NCBI GenBank assembly: GCA_038254115.1
Contig: JBBSGK010000001.1
Span: 2,713 to 66,712, forward strand
DNA length: 64,000 nucleotides
Source: Candidatus Levyibacteriota bacterium
GTDB lineage: Bacteria; Patescibacteriota; Microgenomatia; Levybacterales; UBA12049
Direction of reading: 5' to 3'
In this document: piece by piece, positions 19,029 through 28,080 of the stretch
Position numbering within the stretch: the stretch's first letter is position 1
Layout of the letters: the number at the start of each line of letters is the position of its first letter
The notes under the pieces: generated by a model
Told to the model about the DNA's origin: nothing
The model's input: the letters and a program-made list of their open reading frames with translations, nothing else
The model's database searches: none
Position numbers and translations under genes: made by a program

Positions 19029-20779
19029 GTGACAAAGGAAAAATTATAACTAAAGATCTTAAAAAATTTGCTAAATCCCCCAATCTTTCCGATTACGATA
19101 AAACTTATAAATCCTTTTCCTGGGAAAACGCAGCAAAAGAAGAAATAGAATTTTTTCCGGACGGCACTCTAAATATTGTCTACAATTGCATTGACCGTCA
19201 TGCAAAAGGCAAGCGGAAAAACAAGGTTGCTTTACTTTTTGAAGGAGCAAAAGGTGAGAAAGAAAAATACACGTTCTCTGATTTAAAAAAACTTATAGAT
19301 AAATTTGCAAATGTTCTTGTTTCAAAAAATGTTAAAAAGGGAGATAGGGTTTTTATCTTTCTTCCTCCAATTCCTGAGCGCTATGTTGCATTCCTCGGGA
19401 TTTTAAAAATGGGGGGAGTTGTCGGTACTATGTTTTCAGCTTTTCAGGAAATGGCGCTTTTGGACCGTCTATCAGACAGCGGTGCAAAAGTAGTGATCAC
19501 CAACTCCGCTTTATATCCACGCATTGAAAAGATCTGGAAGGACTTGCCTGATTTAGAGAAAATAATTATCGTTGACCGGGGGGGGGATGACCTGCTGGAG
19601 GGAAAAAATATTGTTCATTATAAAAAAGAAATGGATGCTGCACCGGATGATTTTGAGATAGCGCATATGAAAAAAGATGATTATTCATATATGTTATATA
19701 CATCTGGCACTACAGGGACGCCAAAGGGAGTAATGCACTCTCACTATGATATTCTTCAGGCAATTGTTACTACAAAATATGTTCTGGATGTTCAGGAAAA
19801 TGATATATATTGGTGTACTGCCGACATCGGTTGGGTTACAGGTGTTGTTTATGCAACCCTTGGACCTTGGGGATTGGGGGTAACTCAGGTATTGTTTGAA
19901 GGAAGATTTAGCCCTGATGCATGGTACAAGATTATGCAGGATTATAAAGTTACCCTGTGGTATACAGCTCCTACTGCCGTTCGGATGCTGATGGGATCAG
20001 ATGTGTCTCCCAAAAAATATAATTTATCGAAATTAAGAGAAATTTTTAGTGTAGGTGAACCTCTAAATCCTGAAGCGATTTGGTGGGGACTTGAAGCTTA
20101 CGGTTTGCCATTTCATGACACTTGGTGGCAGACAGAACTCGGGGGAATATCAATCACTAACTATCCGGTTATGGATGTAAGACCGGGTTCTATGGGCAAA
20201 CCTTTGCCCGGGATAAAAGCTGCAATTATTGATGATAATGGGAAAGAACTTGAAGATGGTGAGGAAGGGCATCTGGCACTTTTGTCATCCACAATCTCTT
20301 CGCTTATGAAAACAATCTGGAACAACAAAAAAAAGTTTGATTCCTATTTTATTGGCAAATGGTACATCTCAGGAGATAAAGCATTCCGGGATAAAGATGG
20401 TTATTATTGGTTTGTCGGCCGTGCCGATGATGTGATCAAAACATCAGGTGAGCGGGTCGGGCCATTTGAGGTTGAGAGCGCTCTCGTTTCCCACCCTCAT
20501 GTAATTGAGGCCGGAGTTATCGGAAAGCCTGATGAGGTAAGGGGCGAGATAATCAAAGCTTTTGTTGTTACAAAGCCCGGAGTTGAGCAGACTGAAGAGC
20601 TGAAGGAAGAGCTGAAACTGCATGTAAAAAAACATCTTGCGGGACACGCATATCCGCGGGAAATTGATTATATTGATAAACTGCCGAAGACAAGATCAGG
20701 AAAAATCATGAGACGTGTTTTGAAAGCAAAAGAACTGGGACTTCCAGTTGGTGATACCTCAACGCTTGAGGATTATTAA
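19025..20779 (+). CDS. AMP-forming acetyl/acyl-CoA synthetase
   Basis: It has the YTSGTTGTPKGV AMP-binding motif and a C-terminal …PKTRSGKIMRR…. Its ATG overlaps the xfp TGA by 4 nt (ATGA). Confidence 0.8.
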   Translation: MSDKGKIITKDLKKFAKSPNLSDYDKTYKSFSWENAAKEEIEFFPDGTLNIVYNCIDRHAKGKRKNKVALLFEGAKGEKEKYTFSDLKKLIDKFANVLVSKNVKKGDRVFIFLPPIPERYVAFLGILKMGGVVGTMFSAFQEMALLDRLSDSGAKVVITNSALYPRIEKIWKDLPDLEKIIIVDRGGDDLLEGKNIVHYKKEMDAAPDDFEIAHMKKDDYSYMLYTSGTTGTPKGVMHSHYDILQAIVTTKYVLDVQENDIYWCTADIGWVTGVVYATLGPWGLGVTQVLFEGRFSPDAWYKIMQDYKVTLWYTAPTAVRMLMGSDVSPKKYNLSKLREIFSVGEPLNPEAIWWGLEAYGLPFHDTWWQTELGGISITNYPVMDVRPGSMGKPLPGIKAAIIDDNGKELEDGEEGHLALLSSTISSLMKTIWNNKKKFDSYFIGKWYISGDKAFRDKDGYYWFVGRADDVIKTSGERVGPFEVESALVSHPHVIEAGVIGKPDEVRGEIIKAFVVTKPGVEQTEELKEELKLHVKKHLAGHAYPREIDYIDKLPKTRSGKIMRRVLKAKELGLPVGDTSTLEDY

Positions 20780-20785
20780 CCACAC

Positions 20786-21237
20786 ATGAACTTTATCCAC
20801 GAAAAAGCAATATTGAAGGTGATGTAACTCTCGGAGAAAATGTCAGCGTTTGGCCCTTTGCATCAATTCGTGGGGACGAAGGGCAAATCATAATTGGGGA
20901 AAATACAAGCGTTCAGGATAATGTCACAATTCATGGAAAAGTAAAGATTGGAAAAAATGTGACAATCGGTCATGGCGCAGTAATTCACGGAGCAAAAATA
21001 GGCAGCAATGTGCTGATCGGTATGAATAGTACTATTCTTGATGGAGTTGAGATTGCGGATTGGTGCATAATCGCTGCAGGAAGTGTCCTAACACCCAAGA
21101 CAAAAATTGAAACAGAATCGCTCGTCATGGGAATTCCGGGCAAAGTCACCAGAAAACTCGAGCAAAAAGACAAAGACCATATAGTCTCCGCATACAAAAA
21201 TTACCTAACCAAAATCAAAGTGACACAAAACTATTAA
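20786..21237 (+). CDS. gamma-class carbonic anhydrase / hexapeptide-repeat (LbH) family protein, disrupted by an apparent 1-nt frameshift near its 5' end
   Basis: Frame 1 (20770-21237) encodes …NIEGDVTLGENVSVWPFASIRGDEGQIIIGENTSVQDNVTIHG… with no start codon. Frame 2 has ATG 20786 MNFIHEK followed by a stop. One extra A in the A5 run at 20803-20807 would join the two frames. Confidence 0.55.
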
Positions 21238-21282
21238 ATATCTCCATTGTATCTCATTGTATGACATGGTATAATCCATTTC

Positions 21283-22380
21283 ATGCCTAAACAGATACTT
21301 ACCATCAAACAAGCGGCGAAATTACTTCAAGTTGATCCCAACACTATTTATCGCTGGGCAAGATCCGGAAAATTTCCGGGATCCAAGATTGGAAAAGAAT
21401 GGAGGGTCCTGCACTCGGATGTAATCAAGTTTATCGAGTCCAACAAAAAGAGAACGCAATTTCTTTCAGAATCCCAAGAAGCAGAGCTGATAACAGCACT
21501 TGTCGGAAGACGCGAGATTCCTCTCAAATTTGAGTATATTGGCATAGGAGCCGAAAGATATGTTTCACTGTCATTTCCCAATGTTGGAGGCGGATCAGAG
21601 TTTGATATTATCCTAGATAATAAGAAAAAGCTCTCATCATTTTTGGGAAAAAGACCCTTCAATTTATTAGATCTTGGTTCAGGGGATGGAAAAAAAGCAG
21701 CATTTTTTATAAATAATATAAATAAAAGTACCTCAGGATATTTCGCATTGGATATAAGTTCGAGAATGCTTGCGATTGCAACAAGTAATATAGAGTTGTC
21801 ATTTCCAAATTTACCCCATGAAACATTCATAGGGGACTTTGAAAACGGGAATATTGCACAGCAGACATATTATCTGCAAAGGAGATATCAAAATAATAAT
21901 CTTATTTTATTTTTGGGAAATACGATCGGTAATCTTCCAGATGCACATAGGGTACTTATGAATTTACGGGATAGTATGACTGAGGAGGATTATCTATTAG
22001 TTGGTCTTGCTTTCTATAACCCAAACAATATTCCTTTGGAATCATATAACAGTGAGAGGGTTAAAGACTGGTTATGGAGTGTGCCTCAAAAAATAGGAAT
22101 AACTTCAAAAGATGCAAAAATTTATGCATCATACAACAAGCAAAGACGTCAAATTGAAATGCAACTTGAATTCGATAGAGATTGGGGACAGACTTATGGA
22201 TTAAATCTCCTATCGTTTAATGAGGGACAAAGAATAAGGTTGGCTATTTCGAGGCGATTCACAAAAGATGATATTTTTGAGTTGTTTGCCGGGGCTGGAT
22301 TTAAAATAGAGCTATTAACACACGATAAAGATAACGCGCTTGTTCTTGTCCGCCCCCACACATGGGAGAAGAAAATTTAG
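21283..22380 (+). CDS. N-terminal excisionase/MerR-type HTH DNA-binding domain fused to an EgtD-like (Methyltransf_33/DUF2260) SAM-dependent methyltransferase
   Basis: The HTH is TIKQAAKLLQVDPNTIYRWARSGKFPGSKIGKEWRV. The methyltransferase motifs LDLGSGDGKK, GDFENG and LFLGNTIGNL resemble the EgtD motifs ELGSG…, GDFE…, FLGSTIGNF. Confidence 0.55.
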   Translation: MPKQILTIKQAAKLLQVDPNTIYRWARSGKFPGSKIGKEWRVLHSDVIKFIESNKKRTQFLSESQEAELITALVGRREIPLKFEYIGIGAERYVSLSFPNVGGGSEFDIILDNKKKLSSFLGKRPFNLLDLGSGDGKKAAFFINNINKSTSGYFALDISSRMLAIATSNIELSFPNLPHETFIGDFENGNIAQQTYYLQRRYQNNNLILFLGNTIGNLPDAHRVLMNLRDSMTEEDYLLVGLAFYNPNNIPLESYNSERVKDWLWSVPQKIGITSKDAKIYASYNKQRRQIEMQLEFDRDWGQTYGLNLLSFNEGQRIRLAISRRFTKDDIFELFAGAGFKIELLTHDKDNALVLVRPHTWEKKI

Positions 22381-22400
22381 TATAATTAGATACATTCCTT

Positions 22401-23372
22401 ATGCAAATTCAAAATGATTTTCCTCTTAAAGACGTTCTATTTTATAAAATAGGCGGTATTGCAAAGTATTTTATAACTTGCGAGAATAAACAGGACATAA
22501 TTGACGCTCTTGAGTTTATAAAAACAAAAAATATTAACAAAGTTTTCGTTCTAGGTCTTGGGTCAAACTTGATTTTTACAGATGATTATTTTGATGGGGC
22601 GGTTATCCAGATAGGGCAAGGGCGCAATAGTGCAAATGAGATTAAAGTTAACCCAGATGGGTTGGTTGAGTGTTTTGCCGGTGAAATTTTGGATAATGTT
22701 ATAAAGTTTGCGCTTGACAATAATTTGCTGGGTCTTGAGTGGGCAGGGGGACTACCCGGAACTGTGGGCGCTGCAGTACGCGGGAATGTCGGCGCATTTG
22801 GCGGGGAGATAAAAGATAGCATCGTATCTGTTGATGTTTTGGATTACTCAACTGAACAGCCGGTTCTCAAAACATTAACCAATCAAGAACTGCAATTTGT
22901 TTACCGCGGAAGCATAGTCAAGACACACAAAAAAATGGTAGTCATTACCGCCTATTTTAAATTACAAAAAGGTAGTAAAGAAGACACAGAAAAAGCGCAG
23001 GAAGTTTACGATAAAAATAAGCAATTCAGAAAAGATCACCATCCTCTTGAATATGCCAACTGCGGATCTGTGTTTAAAAATCTGAGAGATAAGGAGCAAA
23101 TAAAAAAAGTTTTGTCAATCTATCCTGATCTACGCGAAAATGTTGAAAAAAAATGGTATGGAAAAGTGGCAGTTGCAAGTCTGATTGAAAAATTAGGTTT
23201 GAAGGGTTATCAAATAGGAGATGCACAAGTTTCAGAAAAGCACGCGTTATTTATTGTAAATTTAGGCAAGGCAAAGTTTGATGACGTTCTCCAGATAATT
23301 GCACATGTTCAGCAAAAATTCCAAGATACTTTTGGATTCGAGCTCGAGATTGAGGTTGAGATAGTAAATTAA
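22401..23372 (+). CDS. murB: UDP-N-acetylenolpyruvoylglucosamine reductase MurB
   Basis: It has an FAD-binding PCMH-type N-terminus (…YKIGGIAKYF…LGLGSNLIF…) and a MurB C-terminal domain. Confidence 0.85.
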   Translation: MQIQNDFPLKDVLFYKIGGIAKYFITCENKQDIIDALEFIKTKNINKVFVLGLGSNLIFTDDYFDGAVIQIGQGRNSANEIKVNPDGLVECFAGEILDNVIKFALDNNLLGLEWAGGLPGTVGAAVRGNVGAFGGEIKDSIVSVDVLDYSTEQPVLKTLTNQELQFVYRGSIVKTHKKMVVITAYFKLQKGSKEDTEKAQEVYDKNKQFRKDHHPLEYANCGSVFKNLRDKEQIKKVLSIYPDLRENVEKKWYGKVAVASLIEKLGLKGYQIGDAQVSEKHALFIVNLGKAKFDDVLQIIAHVQQKFQDTFGFELEIEVEIVN

Positions 23373-23502
23373 AACTTGTCACGAGCACATGTATCTGATA
23401 AAATAGTAAGTAATATGATAAGAAAAATACAATTCAGCTCAGAAACAAAGAAGCGCCTTTCTTAGGGGGTTTTCTTTGCGTATCAAAATTCACAAGAAAC
23501 AC

Positions 23503-23522
23503 CCCTCTCCGGAGGGTTTTTT
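23503..23522 (+). terminator. intrinsic terminator or attenuator hairpin immediately upstream of dapL
   Basis: The stem CCCTC / GAGGG with loop TCCG is followed by a T6 run, 13 nt before the dapL ATG. An upstream GGGGG (23465-69) could pair with CCCCT as an antiterminator. Confidence 0.4.
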
Positions 23523-23534
23523 AATAAAAAATTT

Positions 23535-24758
23535 ATGGCAAAAATTAATAAAAACTTTCAAAAATTAAAATCTAGCTATCTTTCTGTTCAAATTAACAAA
23601 AGAACAAAAGCTTTTCAAGTAAAACATCCGGGTAGCCAGATATACAAACTGGGCATAGGCAACACAACCGAGCCATTGCCAGGGAGTGTTATTAGTGGGC
23701 TTCAGGCAGGTGTTGATAAGCTTTCTGATGTCAAAACATATACCGGTTATGGAGAGGAAACAGGGGATAATAGACTTAGGGAAGCGCTTTCGGAAAAGTA
23801 TTCTAAAAATGGTATTATACTTGATTTTCAAGAAATATTTATAAGTGATGGCGCAAAGCCGGATACCGCAAACATTCAATCTATTTTTTCAATTGACAGT
23901 GTAGTGGCAGTTCAAGATCCGGTTTACCCTGTGTATGTTGAGACAAATGTAATTGCCGGAAGAACCGGAGAGTATGAAAATGGGAAATACAAAGGCCTTG
24001 TTTATCTTCCATGTACGAAAGAGAATAATTTCGTACCTTACCTACCGGAAATAAAAGTTGATCTTATGTATTTGTGTAGTCCCAATAATCCAACAGGTGC
24101 AGTTCTTACAAAAGAACAATTAAAAAAATTTGTTGATTATGCGCTGAAAAATAAAGCAATTATCATTTATGATGCAGCTTATGAGGCATTCATCAGGAAT
24201 AATGATTTGCCACATAGTATTTATGAAATTGAGGGAGCTAAAGAATGTGCAATTGAGGTGGGTAGCTTTTCAAAATCTTCCGGCTTTACCGGTGTCCGGG
24301 TTGGCTGGACAGTTGTACCAATGGATTTGGTTGGAGAGGATGCAAAAAAAGGTGAAGTAAATGCTTTGTGGGCTAGAAGACAGGTGACAATGTTCAATGG
24401 AGCATCAAATATCGCGCAGGAAGGAGCACTAGCAGTGTTATCAGATAAAGGACAGAAAGAGTGTAATAAAATAGTTGCGTATTACATGGAAAATGCACAA
24501 ATTATAAAAACCGCTTTTGACAATCTGGGATTTGAAGTTTTTGGCGGAGAAAACGCTCCTTATATATGGATTAAAACGCCGGGAAAACTAACATCATGGG
24601 AATTTTTTGATAAATTGCTGGATGAGGCACATGTCGTCGGAACACCGGGCTCTATTTTCGGCCCTCACGGCGAAGGCTACTTCAGACTTTCGGCATTTGG
24701 ACATAGGGAAGACATAGAAAAAGCGGTAAAAAGTATAGAGGAGAAATTAAAAATATGA
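23535..24758 (+). CDS. dapL: LL-diaminopimelate aminotransferase (DapL-type class I aminotransferase)
   Basis: …LGIGNTTEPLPG…YTGYGEE…PVYPVYVETNVIAG…LCSPNNPTG…SFSKSSGFTGVRVGW… matches the DapL family. The PLP lysine lies in SFSKS. Confidence 0.75.
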   Translation: MAKINKNFQKLKSSYLSVQINKRTKAFQVKHPGSQIYKLGIGNTTEPLPGSVISGLQAGVDKLSDVKTYTGYGEETGDNRLREALSEKYSKNGIILDFQEIFISDGAKPDTANIQSIFSIDSVVAVQDPVYPVYVETNVIAGRTGEYENGKYKGLVYLPCTKENNFVPYLPEIKVDLMYLCSPNNPTGAVLTKEQLKKFVDYALKNKAIIIYDAAYEAFIRNNDLPHSIYEIEGAKECAIEVGSFSKSSGFTGVRVGWTVVPMDLVGEDAKKGEVNALWARRQVTMFNGASNIAQEGALAVLSDKGQKECNKIVAYYMENAQIIKTAFDNLGFEVFGGENAPYIWIKTPGKLTSWEFFDKLLDEAHVVGTPGSIFGPHGEGYFRLSAFGHREDIEKAVKSIEEKLKI

Positions 24759-26008
24759 AAAAAACAATTCCTTTTACAAAAGCGCAAATTGAAGAAGTTA
24801 TAAAAAAATATCCCACGCCATTTCATATTTATGATGAAGAAGCGATCATTAACAATGCTCGCAAACTTTATAAAGCATTTGATTGGGTTGAGGGATTCAA
24901 GAATTATTATGCTGTAAAAGTTAATCCAAACCCTCATATAATTAAAATTCTTAAAGAAGAAGGTATGGGACTGGATTGCAGCTCCCTGCCGGAGCTTATC
25001 TTAGCTGAAAAGCTCGGTTTTAAAGGTGATGAAATTATGTTCAGTTCCAATGACACGGCTTATGGGGAATTTAAGAAAGCATATGACATGGGAGCGATAA
25101 TAAATCTTGATGATATAACTCACATTGAAATTTTGGAAAAATATGCAGGTATCCCTAATATTATTTGTTTTAGGTACAATCCTGGACCACTTAGAAAACA
25201 TAAAGGTAATGTTATTATTGGCAATCCTGAAGATGCGAAATTTGGTATGACGCGTGAACAATTATTTGATGCATATAAAATAATGAAAACAAAAGGGGTA
25301 AAGAGATTTGGTTTGCATGCGATGATTGCATCAAATGAATTGGATAAAAACGCGTTCGTTGAAACAGCTGAGCTTCTTTTGGATCTGGTCGTTGAAATAT
25401 CAAAAAAAGTAGGAATAAAATTTGAATTTATTAATTTAGGAGGGGGAATAGGAATTCCTCAAAAGCTTACAGAAAATCCAGTGGATCTAGAATTTGTTTC
25501 ACAAGGTATAAAAAAATTATATCAGCAAAAAATCGTTAAAAATAAATTGGCGTCGCTTAGCATGGTTATGGAAAATGGTAGAGTAATTGCAGGGCCATAT
25601 GGATATTTAGTAACAAAAGTTATACATCAAAAAAATATATACAAAAAATATATAGGAGTGGACGCTTCAATGGCGAATTTTATGCGCCCTGCAGTATACA
25701 AAGCATATCATCATGAGACAGTGCTTGGTAAAGAAAATAGCCCCAGTACAGAGACATATGATGTTGTCGGATCGCTATGTGAGAATAATGATAAATTTGC
25801 TATTGATAGAAAGCTTCCAAAAATTGAAATTGGAGATCTTATCGTGATTCACGACACAGGTGCTCACGGACACGCAATGGGATTTAATTATAATGGCAAA
25901 CTTCGATCAGCTGAATTATTGCTCCGTCCTGATAAAACAGTAAAACTGATAAGAAGGGCAGAAACCATAGATGATTATTTCGCAACATTGGATTTTAAGA
26001 ATTTATAA
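24755..26008 (+). CDS. lysA: diaminopimelate decarboxylase
   Basis: It has the fold-III PLP decarboxylase motifs (…YAVKVNPNP…, …GGGIGIP…, …EPGR-like…CENND…). Its ATG overlaps the dapL TGA. Confidence 0.8.
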   Translation: MKKTIPFTKAQIEEVIKKYPTPFHIYDEEAIINNARKLYKAFDWVEGFKNYYAVKVNPNPHIIKILKEEGMGLDCSSLPELILAEKLGFKGDEIMFSSNDTAYGEFKKAYDMGAIINLDDITHIEILEKYAGIPNIICFRYNPGPLRKHKGNVIIGNPEDAKFGMTREQLFDAYKIMKTKGVKRFGLHAMIASNELDKNAFVETAELLLDLVVEISKKVGIKFEFINLGGGIGIPQKLTENPVDLEFVSQGIKKLYQQKIVKNKLASLSMVMENGRVIAGPYGYLVTKVIHQKNIYKKYIGVDASMANFMRPAVYKAYHHETVLGKENSPSTETYDVVGSLCENNDKFAIDRKLPKIEIGDLIVIHDTGAHGHAMGFNYNGKLRSAELLLRPDKTVKLIRRAETIDDYFATLDFKNL

Positions 26009-26013
26009 AACAT

Positions 26014-27345
26014 ATGATAGTTGCAAAATTTGGAGGAAAATCAGTCGGGAGCGCGAAAAGCGTTGAGACAATTTGTCGGATAGTAAAATCGGAAATAAAA
26101 AAAAATCCGGTGATTGTTGTTTCTGCGGTTAGTCAGGTAACCAATATGCTTGTCGCGCTTGCTGATGCCGATTTCGGGACATTTGATGAGATATTTAACA
26201 AAATCAAGGCAGCGCATTTTGATTTGATAGCTTCTTTGTGGGAAATAAGTCCAACAGAACTTACGGGATATATTGATAGCTGTCTAAACAGTCTAAAAGC
26301 TATTGCATCTCAAGAAAGTAAAACAAAAGCAGATATGGATTCTCTTCTGATGCATGGGGAGATGATGTCTTCATATATTATCGCGCATTATTTAACCGAA
26401 TCAGGGATAAAGTCCCAACAAGTACTTGCAACGGAGTTGATTGTTACTGATCGGGAATTCGGATCTGCAGAGTTTATCCCTGATCTAACCGCCAAAAAAA
26501 CTAAAACAATAATCGAACCGTTACTTAACGCGGGCATTGTACCGGTGATCACCGGTTTTCTCGGAGCAACAGAAAAGGGAGAGCCGACAACTTTGGGACG
26601 CGGAGGATCTGATTACAGCGCTTCAATAATAGGGTTTGCTCTCAACGCCTCAGAAGTTCAGATTTGGTCAGATGTTGACGGGATTTTTTCGGCTGATCCG
26701 CGTGCCGTATCTAAAGCAAAGCTTATAAAAAACATATCTTTTAAAGAGGCATCAGAGCTTGCTTATTTTGGGGCAAAAATACTTCATCCAAGTACTCTTC
26801 GTCCAGCAATGAAAGCAGGTATTCCTGTCCGGGTTATGAATACAATGAATCCCAAAAATTCAGGGACAACTATTCAAAAAGATTCCCTATCCGTGAACGA
26901 AATTAAAGCAATAACCTCAAAAAAAAATATAAAGCTTATCAATCTTTATTCAGCAGATATGCTTTTTGGTAAAGGATTTTTGGCTCGTATTTTTGCAATT
27001 TTTTCAAAACATAATGTATCTATTGATTTGGTGAGTGTTTCGGAAGTAAGTGTTTCTGTAACTATGGATAATCAGGATAACCTAAAATTGGCGCTACAGG
27101 AGCTTTCAGAATTTACATCTGTTGCAAATCTGCCAGACTTTGGTATAGTATCTCTAGTCGGGGATAGAATCGTAAAAATTCCCCATATCATGAAAAATAT
27201 ATTTACTATTCTAGATGCACAAAAAATTGGAGTTAAAATGATCTCACTCGGAGCAACGGATATTAATATAAGTGTGGTTATAGAATCTTCTAAAATTGAG
27301 ACAGCAGTTGAAAGTTTGCACAATGAATTATTATTAAAATTATGA
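26014..27345 (+). CDS. lysC: aspartate kinase
   Basis: MIVAKFGGKSVGS…, the amino-acid kinase fold and C-terminal ACT domains. Confidence 0.85.
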   Translation: MIVAKFGGKSVGSAKSVETICRIVKSEIKKNPVIVVSAVSQVTNMLVALADADFGTFDEIFNKIKAAHFDLIASLWEISPTELTGYIDSCLNSLKAIASQESKTKADMDSLLMHGEMMSSYIIAHYLTESGIKSQQVLATELIVTDREFGSAEFIPDLTAKKTKTIIEPLLNAGIVPVITGFLGATEKGEPTTLGRGGSDYSASIIGFALNASEVQIWSDVDGIFSADPRAVSKAKLIKNISFKEASELAYFGAKILHPSTLRPAMKAGIPVRVMNTMNPKNSGTTIQKDSLSVNEIKAITSKKNIKLINLYSADMLFGKGFLARIFAIFSKHNVSIDLVSVSEVSVSVTMDNQDNLKLALQELSEFTSVANLPDFGIVSLVGDRIVKIPHIMKNIFTILDAQKIGVKMISLGATDINISVVIESSKIETAVESLHNELLLKL

Positions 27346-28079
27346 AAATAGCATTAATAGGTTACGGAAAAATGGGACAGGAAATTGAGCAAGTTGTTCG
27401 CGCGGGGAAAAAACATGAGATTGTTTCTGTGAGTTTTAGAACGACCAGCGATACTCTTGATATCGACAGAATAAAAAATGCGGATGTGGCGATTGATTTT
27501 ACGTCACCGGAAATAGTTCTAAAAAATATTCAACAAGTTTCAGGACTGGGCATAAATATGGTCGTTGGAACAACAGGTTGGTATGATCAATTATCGGAAG
27601 TTGAAAAACTTGTTGAAAAAGCAAATATTGGATTAGTATTCGGACAAAATTTCTCAATTGGCGCAAATATCTTTTTTGATATTATAAAATACGCAAGTAA
27701 TCAGATTAACAGGTTTGAAGGATATGATGTATTTGGTGTTGAAACTCATCACACTGGTAAAAAAGATAGCCCGAGCGGTACGGCAAAAAAGCTTGGGGAA
27801 ATTATACTCAAGAATTATCCGAGCAAAAAAATATTGCAAACTGAAAAATTGGATAGACCTGTTAAACCCGAAGAACTGCATTTCGCATCAGTTAGGGGTG
27901 GAAGAAATCCCGGGCGTCATGAAATCGCATTTGATAGTAAGGCAGACGAGATAAGACTTATTCATCAAGCTTGGGGAAGAAAAGGATTTGCTGAAGGAGC
28001 AGTTGTCGCGGCAGAATTTATAAAAGATAAAAAGGGCTTGTATGATTTTAGTGAGATATTTAATGAGGTAAATAAATAA
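27342..28079 (+). CDS. dapB: 4-hydroxy-tetrahydrodipicolinate reductase
   Basis: MKIALIGYGKMGQ… is a Rossmann N-terminus, with a DapB C-terminal domain (…FEGYDVFGVETHHTGKKDSPSGTA…). It overlaps the lysC stop (ATGA). Confidence 0.8.
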   Translation: MKIALIGYGKMGQEIEQVVRAGKKHEIVSVSFRTTSDTLDIDRIKNADVAIDFTSPEIVLKNIQQVSGLGINMVVGTTGWYDQLSEVEKLVEKANIGLVFGQNFSIGANIFFDIIKYASNQINRFEGYDVFGVETHHTGKKDSPSGTAKKLGEIILKNYPSKKILQTEKLDRPVKPEELHFASVRGGRNPGRHEIAFDSKADEIRLIHQAWGRKGFAEGAVVAAEFIKDKKGLYDFSEIFNEVNK

Positions 28080-28080
28080 T

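Noticed and set aside
23373-23534. Lysine riboswitch (L-box) upstream of the lysine operon
   Set aside because: The spacer is only about 160 nt and lacks the conserved L-box elements (AGAGGYGC, GGAG, the GTCGCCGAAG-type core). It is kept only as a generic attenuator candidate.
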